Assembly: GCF_016432865.1 (NCBI RefSeq)
Contig: NC_067403.1
Coordinates: 247,442,001-247,506,000, forward strand
Origin: Antechinus flavipes
Lineage: Eukaryota
Direction of reading: 5' to 3'
Length of the DNA stretch: 64,000 bases
A program made the translations under genes and the position numbers. The notes under the pieces were generated by a model. That model was given only the letters and a program-made list of their open reading frames with translations. It did not search any database and had not been told where the DNA came from. Shown in pieces: positions 45,841-57,500 of the stretch (position 1 is its first letter; the number at the start of each line of letters is the position of its first letter).

Positions 45841-48800
45841 CTTTTCAAGAGAAAGCTATTTTTTGTGATATGAAAAACTTGGATCCGGTGGGGTTGCTGA
45901 ATCTTTAGGTTTTGTAAAATATGACTTATTGTCCATCCTCTTGGAAATGTCAGTAGATCTGTTGGGTCTATTAAGTGATCTAAAATAATGGACTTGTGAC
46001 ATCACTAGACATCATTGACTAATGTATTCAATTGTGACACATTTGATTGTTTTCCTCATGGATATGAACACTTTACTCATTTAATATAACTTGTTCAATG
46101 TTTGATTGTAAATCATCCAGTAGTGTTTGATAGCCACCATCCTACCTTAGAAGGTAATGCATCAAGTTAACAGATTCCTTCAATAATAATAGTTTTATCT
46201 TTTTATAAAGTATTTTTATCAACACCAGTTAAGAATAATTGGGTAAAATCAATAATTTTGTTTTTTCTTAATTACTAATATTTCTACTTTCTTTTCATTT
46301 GTCTATAAGTCCTAAAAACAAAAAAAATTCAAATATGATAGTAATCAGCAGATTGCTTTACCAAATTAAAAAAAAAATTTCACACTGAAAAAATGCAGGA
46401 TCAGTTAAAAAATGAAAAGTATTGTGAAATGTCTTATAAAATGATATATAACATTCAATACTATTCTCTTATAAAATGCTTATTGTTAGCAAATGAGTCA
46501 CATTTTTTACTTAAATAAGTCATTTGTAAACATTAGGTTCAGAATAAAGTGGATCTGAAAAATTTATCTTTCAAACCAGTCTTCAGGTATTGAAAGCCAT
46601 TAGTATGGACTTAAATTTTTAAAAATGACTTTAACTGCCAGATATCTATTGCACTTCTGTCTTTAAGTGAAAGTTTCTGCTTTCATTGTGTTTAGAACTA
46701 CTCTTTGGTAGACTAAAATGAGTGGTAGACGAGGCTGGAGATAAATGAAAAAATCTTATCTTCCATAAAATATTTGTGAGATACATCATGGTATCAAAGT
46801 TCAAATACAATTCCATTGATTAGGGCTCTTGAGTAGAACCTAACTATTGCATTCCTGTTTTTCCTGCTTCTTTAAGGACAAGTCTATTTTGTGAGTTGTT
46901 TCTTCTGATCTATACTTTTAGTGACTAGAGGCTGACCTGAAAAGAGCTGATCAGGCTGATATTATTAATAGTTATTAAAGCTAGTTACTGAACCAGGATC
47001 TTTAGCTTGAGGTCTCATTTATCTTAAAAGGACAGAACTTCCAATTTATGATGCTAATTGAACCTATAAAAATAAGGACCTTTTCTTCATGTCCTATTTT
47101 TCAACCTGAACCATGCTGTTTCTATCAAGAAGGCCTATAAAAAATTGTATTCCCATGAGCATATTTCAGATTTCAGGAAAGTTTGAACCTTGGCTCTATC
47201 ACATTAACTATAAGCATGGGACAAATACTCAATCCAGTGCTTTAGTTTCCTTGTCTGTAAAAGGGACTTTGTTCTATATATCTTACAAAGAAGTTGTGAG
47301 GGGGTAAAAACATTTTAAACATAAAAACATAATTTAAATGTTAATTGTTTTAGAAATCGTGGCTTGAAAGAACTGTGAAAGGTTTGTTCTGCTCTATGCT
47401 TTATAGAAGCTATGAAGGACTAGTATTATTATGGGCTCTGCACTGTACTAAGCATTGGGAATATAGATTTAAGACAAAAGGCAGTCCCTGATGAGAATAT
47501 TTAGAGAAGTTCCTTTGATTCCCATTTATTTTAATATCTATGTTTTTAACTATCAAACATTTGTATTACTTTTGTTTCTTGAGCTGAAATAGGTAACATT
47601 TGACTCTGAACAGGGAGGTAATTCAGTTACTGATGGCCTTTTCCCTGGTTTTTTTCTCTTTTCATTTTGTATTCTTGTCTCTTCTCTGAAGGACTGAATC
47701 TGTTTTTTCACTTGCCCTCATTTTATTTCTTAGGTCAGTATCATTCATGTGCATTGCTTGACCCCAATGGTAATTTTAAATAGCTAAAGTAGCTTTTGAT
47801 TCTTGTTCTAGAATAAGCAACATTTTTTCCTCAAAGGGGAAGAAATTAACCACAGCCCATTGTAGACTATTAAGCGGTATACTAACATGAGCTTCTATTA
47901 TGATTAGCTGCTTCAAAGTTATTTAGGCTGTATCTGTATTTAAAAATGGAAAACTGGTGATTCAATTCAACTAACTAATCAAATTGCCTCATGTACAGGG
48001 GGAAGGGATTCAAAGTCACAAAATAAGCCCCTTGAAGGCAGTGACTGTTTACCATCCACTACAAAGATACAGCATATATGTAAATACATAGAATATAAGA
48101 AAAACAAAGCAAGAGTGTCCTTATTTTGGGGGAGAAGGGTACACATAGGAATGGAAAGAGACTTTATGGAGGAGGCACCTAAGTAGATCCTTTAAAGGAA
48201 GATGATGTAAGGAAAATTACCACTGTCCCTAAAAATGCAAAATGTTATTGTATATTGTTACAGGATTTTAGAATTAGGGTATGTATGGCCATCATTTAGT
48301 CCACTGCACTTATTTTGATAGATAAGGAAGTTGAGACACAGAGTTAAAAATCATATATTTGCTAAGAAGTAACTCAAATTCATAAATAGTAGGGCCAAAG
48401 ATGTAAATTCTATCTCCAAGAGATTTGTTGTTTTTTTATAGCGCCCCACCCCTGAAAATACCAATGGGAAGTTTTTACTTCCTATTGGGAATCTGGAAGA
48501 TTTTACTTAAATGCATTAAGGAATAGCTGTGGTACTTTAGGTTGTAGAGGGAAAAGGATTTTGTTGGTAGGGAATTTTAATAAGCTAAACTATCACACTG
48601 ACAGTGGAAGACATAAGACATTGTTAGAGAAACTAGGCCAACCTTTCAATACAGTTATCAAAGCACCTGCAGTTCCCATTTCAGGGCAGGTGAAATGATC
48701 CTCATTGAACTGAAGTAGAGACTACATATCCAGCAAACTTTTAAAATAGAGGAGACCTATTTTAAAAGGGAAATTGGTGCCAATCTGATTCCTTTTCACT

Positions 48801-49479
48801 GCTCCTTTGTTGAAATTTTTCTCCATTGACTACCTTTAGAATTTTGTGAAGCAAGCCAGAATTTGCCACGTGAATGGTGAATGTCTAACCTGCTGAAAGT
48901 CAGCTCATCAGGAAATACTGTAGGAAGGCCCCTCCTACCCTAAAAACAAATGAAGTTCAGAAGAATTAGAAGTTTTCAGAGTAACATGGATATTTCATGG
49001 TACCTATTATTGTATTCCTACAATTCTGTACGGTCTCTCCCAATTTGTCATTGTTAATATTTTTTGGAGTATCAGTATTTTGTTTAGGTTAGGCTTTAAT
49101 AATAATAACAGTTGGCTGTGGAAAATCGGGGCGGGCGAGGGGGTGGGGGGAGAGGGGGAAAGAGGGGTGTGAAATTGAAGGTTCTACCTTGTCTTTGGAG
49201 ATAGCCTCCATTCAGTATTTATTCCTGAGCAATTCCCTTTAGTGCAAGAAGACAGAACTAGATTTAGTTCTGTTTCTTCTTGACCATTTTTTTCAGTCCT
49301 GGTGTGTTCTGTGCCCTTGGTCAGATATTTATTTTATTTTGAACTTAATAAACAAACATTTCACTTTACATAGTATAGGTAATGAGGGTTGTACGGAAAA
49401 AACCAGTCTGTTTTGTACAACTTCTTTTTATTATATAATAAGTTCAGCTTGTAGCTTACAAAGCTTTCCTGTTTATCTG

Positions 49480-50000
49480 TGCTTCTTTCTGAATTTCCTT
49501 TTGCTGTCTTTCTGCATTTCTACCAAAATGTGAGTAACAAGCTTCACCATCAGCCCTCTAGAATTAAAGTTGACTTTTACATTGATTGGCATCTTCAAGT
49601 CTTTCACGGTTTTGCCATTTTGTTTTTGTTCCCTGATTCTGCTCACTTTACTCTGAATCAGTTCATATAGGTCTTCCCAGGTTTCTGAAATAATCTTATT
49701 TCATCATTATCTATGAAATAATACTTGATTATATTCACATTGGCATAATTTGCTCTGGCATTCTTCAATAAATGACATCCCTTTTTCCTCTAGTTCTTGG
49801 CTATTAGAAAAGAATTGTTTTAAAATAATTTTGTACATATGGATTCTTTCCCTCTTTATTTGATTTTTTGGGGGGGGGATATAAACCTAAAGTGATGTGG
49901 TTGGGTCAAAGGATAACTAGTGACTTATGGTTCATTGTTCCAAATTACTTGCCAACATCTTGGCCAAATATTTAATGTGAAATACCAGCTTTTTTAGTCT
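49480..50000 (-). mobile_element. Old L1 fragment
   Basis: cagttcatataggtcttcccaggtttct...tttcctctagttcttggctattagaaaagaattg...gggtcaaagg is the antisense marsupial L1 3' pattern. Confidence 0.6.
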
Positions 50001-51009
50001 TTTGCCTCCCCCCCCTTTTTTTTTTAATTCTCTAATCCTTTGAAATATCTTCTTGCCCACTGGAAGACAGATTTGCTGATGAACTAACTGCATCCATAGT
50101 CTCCCGAGCATCAGGAAAAATAATCAGTGATTTTATGCTTCTTTCATGTATCAGAAACAGATGTTGCCTGGATGGCTTAGGAATAGAGAAAGAGAGATCA
50201 ATATTAATGATTGCTTATTTTAGGCTAATTCCTTAGGAGAAAGTTAAAGGATATAAACACCTCCCTTTTTTTTTCCTCCCTCTGTCCTGAATCACCCAGA
50301 CTTGTACTTTCCCTTTCATGGCACAGATAGTAACTTAGCTACTTTGTGAAAGAGTCTCTCTGTTTCTTTCTTGATTTGGAGTGTAGCCCTAGAACTTGAC
50401 CTGATTAAACTCTCCTTTCCCTTTAATTATACCTGTCTAATTGTCATTTTGTTAACTTCATATCATTCTTGGGAGATGACCTCAAGCAGGAAACAGTTTT
50501 TCCCCCTTCATTTCTCCCTTTGTCAAATAGCGATTGTTTGATGTAGGAAATAATCTAGACAGTCCTCCAGATTTCCCCAAGACAGCAAGTTAAATTAAGT
50601 GGGTGGCTTATTTCATTCTGTAATAAATGGGGAGGCGTTACAGGAGTAGCTATAGGATCACAGATTTAGAGTTAAAAGGTACCACACATATTCATTCAAC
50701 ACTTAAGTACTTCCTGTAGGCAATCTCTATTCTAGGGATTCAAAGACAAAAATGAAAAGTCCCTGATCTTGAAGAGTTTATCTTCTATTAGGGGAGATGG
50801 TACACATGCATATACTTTTTTTTAATCGAAGTGGGGGAAAGTTTGGTAAAAATAAACACATCAGAGAACAATAGCATATTGTCTTTATCTTTAGTACTCC
50901 ACCCCTAAAAGAACTGGGGGAGTTGCCATCTTGTCTCTTTAGGATCAAGCTTGTTTATTTATATGCAAAATAAATACAAGGTAACTTTTTCAGAAGGAAA
51001 GCTGAGTTT

Positions 51010-51640
51010 TGTCATAATCTAGGGAGCTCAGAGGCCCAGGTAAGGGAAGAGGGAGTGTATGGTAAACATGGGGTAGGGGGGCAGCTCAGTTTAAAGGCCT
51101 GAAGATCGATGTTAAGAGTTTGTCTGAGGAATTCTAAGAAAGCCGAATGACTATTAATTGATAGTGTGGGAAGGCAAGTAAGGTCTAATGAGGCTAAAAA
51201 AGTTGGGACCAGTTCACAAAGGAATTTCAAAGCCAAATAGTGGAGTTTATATTTGATCCTGGAGGCAATAAGGAACCATTGTAGTTTGGGTAAGGAGTAA
51301 CATGGCCACACCTGTGTTTCATAAATAGCCATTTATGGGGAGGATAGTTTGAAGAGGAGGTTCTTGAGGCAGGAGAATGTGGAGGCATTTACTCATAGTA
51401 CCCCGAGTGGTGCTGAGGGCCTGAACTAGGGTGCTAGTCATGTCCATAGAGAAAGGGCAGAAATGTTGGAGAGATCCATATGTCAGCATTTAGCAACTGA
51501 ATAGATAGGTAGAGTGAGAAAAAGTGAGTTGAGGATGACACTGAGGTTCCTAATTTGGGAACTTTTTACAGTAGAGGAAGCTGAATCTCAAGAAAGTAAT
51601 ATGGCTTGGGCTAGATCAGATATATATAAATGGCAGAGCA
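51010..51640 (-). mobile_element. L2 LINE fragment
   Basis: tttatatttgatcctggaggcaataaggaaccattg...gagggcctgaactagggtg...gagttgaggatgacactgaggtt. Confidence 0.7.
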
Positions 51641-52504
51641 AGAATTTCTTGACCCTATATCCTCTGCCTCCATATTTAGCTTTCTTTTCCATTGCCTGGT
51701 ACTGTCTCCTAATAGAATAGTCTCTTTTTACCTTGTGTATGTTTTCCTTTCCTTTTCCATATAACCTAAGTGATGTACAATTTCTTAAGACTTCTTTTGC
51801 CTTTTTATTTTTTACTATTCAGATAAAATTATTTTGATAGTTAAATTGTGTTATTCCAAGAATTCAGCTTACTATTCTTCCACCTGACTAGCTTTCAATA
51901 ATTTTTGGTACATTACAGTATGTAAAGCACAGTATGGGGAAATACAGTTGTATAATAAGACTTAGTCTTTATTCTTCAAGAGTTTATGTTCTAGTAGGGA
52001 AGATTAGGTACCTATGAGGGATCATTTCTAAAGGAGTTAACAAGGAAGACATCAGAGCAGAGGAAGTAACATGCAAGGTGGGCATGAAAGGTAGACAGGA
52101 TTTTGATGATAAAAGATGTGACAGAGAAATGAGGACGTTCTAGTCAGTGGGAAGCTCTTGTTACTCTTGGGGAAAATGGCCTAGATGAGCTGGATTGTAC
52201 AGTTTCAATTGATTAAAAGAAAGCAATTGATTTGGAAATGATATCTTCTCTAATCCCTTCATTTTTCAGATGAAAAAGTAGTCTCAGAAGAGAAATAACT
52301 TCTCCAACATAGTTAGTTTGGTAAAACCAGGATGAGAATTCTATCATGATTTGTAGTTCAGGGCTTTTTCCACTAGATAAAAGTTGGAATCATAGAAAGT
52401 CTTGAATACCATTTTAATGAGTTTAAGAATTTATATGTGGTAGACAGTGGGAACATAGTGTATGTATTGAGTTTGGGGAGTGTTTGGAACAGAAGTAGTG
52501 TTTT

Positions 52505-52760
52505 AGGGCAGCTAAGTGACACAGTGGATAGAGTTCCGGGCTTAGAGTCAGGAAGATCTGAATTGAAATTTGGCTGCAGGCACCTGCTAGCCAAATCCTG
52601 AGCAGATCACTTGATCCTCTTTGCCTCAGTTTCTTCATCCATGAAATGGCCTGGAGAAGGAATTGGCAAATCATTCCAGTATTTTTACTAAGAAAAAAAA
52701 AAAGCCTCCATAACCTCTCAGACTTTGATTGTCTGAACACAATTTAAATGACTGAACAGC
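52505..52760 (+). mobile_element. Mar1-like CORE-SINE with RTE-type tail
   Basis: gggcagctaagtgacacagtggatagag...tttgcctcagtttcttcatc...ggagaaggaattggcaaatcattccagtat...aaatgactgaacagc. Confidence 0.75.
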
Positions 52761-53499
52761 AAGGGATCCATAACACTATTGGAGTCATCATCTGGCCCTT
52801 CTTTTCTTCCCTGAGGAACACCTTGAAAAAAAGTGTTCTGAGTTTAAAAAAATAATCTATTTATTATCAAGCTGATGATAAAACAAGTCTGGTGAATTGA
52901 GAGGCTAGGTGGGGGGTGTCCTAGAGCAGTAGTGAAAGACCCTTGAGTTCACCATCTGGTGCTGAGAGATATGTGCTTTCCTTTTCTGATAGAAATTCTA
53001 TCTAGGATTTGGTGGAGCCAACAAGACTCTCCATGGCCTGTGGCCTCTGTGGTTGAGTTCACACTCTTCCAAAATGAAAAATTTCTGTCAGTTGAGAATG
53101 GATTACGTAAGAATGATTTATTTTATTACCTCTATACTTCCTTTTGGGGAAGGTGAGTTAGGTTAGTAAATCTTACTTGATGGAAACTTGTATGTTGAGT
53201 GTATCGACAGTTCTAGTTTTAATGTTTGTAGTATTTGCTAGTTTTCTGTGAAGCACTTCTACAGCACATTTCCATCTGGGTGACAGATAAAACTCATTGT
53301 CTGAAACCAATGCTAGCTATTATTTAGCTAAGCTTAGCTTCTTTCCTTCTTATCTTGCTTCCTTTTTGATCTCACTTATGTTTGCCTCTTGAGACATCAT
53401 TCATCCAGTCTCCCAAGTTCAGAACTTTGAGAATTTAAATTTTTTTTCTCCTTCAGGCCTTAGCCAGTGATACCAAATCCTGTTGGTTCAGCTCCTAGA

Positions 53500-53670
53500 A
53501 AATATTCTTGTGGTGGATAGAATGAATAAGCAGTGGCCTTTGGAGTTAGAAGAGACCTAGGGTGGAATCTTGCTTTTAAGACCTAGCTGTGTGAGCTGGG
53601 AAAGATCATAGAAGCTTTCTGTGCTTGTTTCCTTAGCTTAGTACTCAGGTATTGGGATGAGGTGATATCT
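53500..53670 (+). mobile_element. MIR fragment
   Basis: ctttggagttagaagagacctaggg...acctagctgtgtgagctgggaaag. Confidence 0.55.
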
Positions 53671-54439
53671 GTCAGATTCTTCATAAACCTCAGGTCATGC
53701 CCTATCGGCTTTGGTTCGGGTCTGCAGTTCTGTGCACGGAGGGGCTCCTGCCATCACAGCACATTGGCAGCTCTTCAGCAGCTGGTCATGGTGGCTAGGC
53801 CACTGAGAACCTTGGTGCCCCGTCCGAGTCGGACGCTGGGCCTGCCGTGTGGCCTTCCTCACCTGGGGGCCAGCTTTCTGCTTGCCAGATAAAAGGGTGG
53901 CTTTGGAGTGAGGGACTTCTGTGCCCTGGCCCACTGGGGCCTGCGTGGGGCCACCCTCCCAGCCCCTTTTCCGGAGGGGTTCCCTCTTGAAGGCCGGCTT
54001 ACCTGTGGCCCCAGGTTTCTCCCCTCCACACCCTCTCCCCAGCAAGCTTCCTCTTGAGGCCTCACAAAATACTTGGCTTTGTACTAGGATGTAAGATATT
54101 TTTTGTAGTGACCTGTGTTTTTCCTTTCCTACTGTGCCCCTTAAGCCTAGGACCACGGTGCCCTCCTTACAGGGTTGTCTGGATGTGGAGGGTTCTGCCC
54201 TGCATCAGAGGACTATTGGGGGAGTCTGGGATTTGGGCAGTTCCCTCATGCAGCAGGTGTGAGGTCTTGTCCTGTCTGCAGTCCCTCCCCCCAGGCTACC
54301 CTCCTCCCAGAGTGGGCATTGGAGCAGGGCACATCCCGGGTCTCCACCACCCTGGTGGGAGAGGGGCACAGCTCCAGAGGATGTCTGCAGCCCAGCTTCC
54401 AAAGACCATTTGTTTAGAACTTGATGGGAAAGGGGAAAG

Positions 54440-54515
54440 CGTGAGGTCACTTCCTGTCTGAAGAGGAAGTCCTGACTTCCTTCCCGGGTTGCTGATGGGG
54501 GGAGGGAATTCCCAT
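54440..54515. promoter_or_regulatory. Candidate ETS + NF-kB enhancer core in CTNND1 intron 1
   Basis: ETS cores at 54448-54457, 54461-54470 and 54475-54481; palindromic GGGAATTCCC at 54504-54513. Confidence 0.45.
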
Positions 54516-57500
54516 CAAGGCGCTGCTGAGAGCCAGTTCCTGGCCTTGGGGAGTCTGGCAGGGGTTGCTATGCCTTCTGAAAGATGCCATCTTGGGGATG
54601 ACAGCCCTGGCCCTGTTGGAAGCTCTGGCAGGCTGAGGTGCAGGGGTCTTTCTGGTATTCCAAAACAAACACACCAAGGACTAAGGAGCAAAGCTTCCCC
54701 CCGGGCTGACCCTCCCTTTATTCACTGACCCTGGAAGATCAAACAGGCCAAGCCCCTGGGAAGAGAGCATCACGTTTAGGTTGGAGGCCGGGGCTTTGGC
54801 CTCTGTCTCTGGCCTGCTCTGTGACCTCTTGCAAGTCTCCTCATAGCGTGTTTTTTTCCTTAACTGTGAAATGAAGGATTGGAAGCTGCTTTCAGATTAT
54901 TGTCTGTAAAGATGCAGTAGCAGAGTATCCTCCTGGGAAGAGGGTGTTGGAAGATTTTTATTTTTAGAATGAGCTTAAGGTGGGGGGAGTGTCCATCCTA
55001 AGGAGGACCAGTTGGCGTGTTTGCTGCTATTCTAGTCCAAGCTTCTTCTTCCTGACCAGTCAATTGTATTAAATTTTTGATGTGAGTTTGAACTAGTGTC
55101 CCTCGGGATAAGAGGGAGGGAGGAGGGAGAGGAGATTGGAGGGAGTGGAAACAGCTGGGACATTCATCAGCCCAGCTATTCTCTTGCAGAAGGATGTGTA
55201 GTTACTAGCAGGAACCTAGTAATTCTGAGAATGGACTCAGGCATTTTAAACTGCACATCGGAATGTTAGCAGTCTAGAATATAGCCAAATGTCATGCTTC
55301 TTATTATATTTTTTACCCTTTCCAAAAAACTTTCCTAGCCGCTTTGGAAATGAGGTACAGAGGTCAGATGGCAAAGAAAGAATACTCTGATTATGTCTTG
55401 TGCTCTCTCAAGCTTTTCCAGTGGCTTTTCCCTTGCACATCCATTATTTCTTGGGATGGTCTCTGATTCTGTCTGCAAACAGATACAATTAGAATTTGGG
55501 ACATTTGATGAGATCATTCTGAATTACACCAGGTTTGCTGTATTAGTCTCCTCCCCCTCTGACCTTGCCTCTTAGTGCCTGAATGGGGCTCTGAGTCAGC
55601 AGTCATTAGTTCTGTCTCACCCATTCCTTCTGAAGCAGGGAACCTGCTGAACGTTCTGGGAGGAGAGTAGTATGATTTGGGTGTGTCTGATTCTCGGGAC
55701 TTTGCCCTCTACAATCCCAGATTTGTAGGCAATCCCAATCTCAAGATAGACACGCCTATCAATGCCGTTTGTCCTAGCACTGCCATCCCACAAAGTAATT
55801 TTGGATTGGCCCTGCCATTTAGCTTCACTTCTTTTGAATTAGTGTACAGTTGAAATGTTCTTAATTTTGCAGTTAACCATGAAAGAGTAAGGTGCAGTTT
55901 TAGATGAGAGTCTTGCGTTTTATTGATGCGAATGTGTTTTGTGTCAGTAATAAGGGACAGTGGTTTAAGAAGGCATGACCAAGTCTTAATAATTGCTTTC
56001 TAGGATGTTCATGTGCTTTCATAATTTTTAAATATGTGAAACAGAACTTTCATATTTTTATCCAGGTTTTCAGACTTCAAGTGGCTTATTATCCACAAAC
56101 CCTCTTTGCACGTATAACAGTGTCATAGATGTAGCCTGAATCTTCCAGTTTCTCCTGTCAGATGTTGAACCATTTGTATATTACTCCTCGTTTTGATTAG
56201 GGTCGGTCATCTGACAGACTCATGGGAAGAGAAAGGAGGGAGGAAAGGTTACTGACCATTAGTATAGGAGGAGGAGGCCATACAGATGGAACTGGGGATA
56301 ACCCAAGGAATTATGAAGTTAAGAATGAAACCCTGGCAGAGCCTTTCTTAAAGCAACACAAAGCCTTTTGGAATTTCAAAAAGCTCTCATTCAAAAGCTT
56401 GATTTTCCTTTCCCTTCTGGAGAGGTAAGAATTAGTATTAAATCTCACCCTGACCTTCGGAAATTTAGGATATATTCCCAGTGGACTGTGCATTTGCAGC
56501 AAAAGGAAAGGGCATTGTTTCTCCGATTATGAACTAGAAGTAGCCCGATCCCATTTCTGCTGCTTTAAAGCCACAGTACAAGAAGCACCCTTCTGGGACA
56601 GGCCACTATTGTGTTTGGAGGGAAGGAGGAAGAGGTGGTAGTTGAGAGGGAAGCATGCAAGTGAGCACATCAGATAATAGTTGGAGGTAATCATCTTGAC
56701 CTTTTTGTCACCTGAGAGCATTTCCATTGGTACTGTGACTGGGAGATCCTTTGTTGGCTTTCTTTCCTTTTCTCCGAACTGGGATGGACTTTGCTCCCCA
56801 GTGGTGATAAGTTGTTATCCATATATAGCCCTGTATAAAGTATCAGCTGCTCTACTCTGTGGGCAGTTTGGAAACAGAGGAAAGGCTGTGGTGAGGAAAG
56901 CTTGGTCTTGCAGTCTGAGCCAGATTTGGGGTGGCTTGGTGTTGATGACTGGAAGAGGTTGGGGGGTAGAAGATGATCGTCCAGTTGGGTGGATCTTAGG
57001 GAGGTTTTGAAGCAGCATTCCTCCCCTTCCCCCCAGCCTTTTTACAAATTGAGGAAGTACTGGGATGGTCAAGTAGGAATCTTTAAAATCTTCCTCTCCC
57101 TTTTCCCCTTTTCTGCTACTAAATGGTCCTGCTGCTTTGGAAAAGGCTTTTACTTCATCTGTAGCTTTGGTTTGGGGCAGGGAGAGGAGGGTTGTTTTCC
57201 CGAACATGATAAGGAACTGAACTGGGCAAAGTGGGAGCTCTGGCTGGTGATTGGTAGACAGGATGCCGTGGAATGTGTTTGGCCGGCAGCCCAGAATCCA
57301 GCACTCTGTATTTGTTTGTTTCTGGGAGACTGTGGTCTGGTGCTACTGTGACAGGAAGTGAGAAAGCTGGGAGTGGGGGGACGGGAGAGGGGCAATGTCT
57401 TTGTGGTTCTCCTGTGAAATCCCTTTGTCCCTCGAGAGAGCAGCTCTGCTAAGAGTCCTACCGAGAAGAGAGCCGCCTTTGTGTGCCTGATGGGTCTCAG

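Noticed and set aside
53695-54156. 153-aa minus-strand ORF
   Set aside because: No recognisable domain or splice structure; explained by local GC richness.
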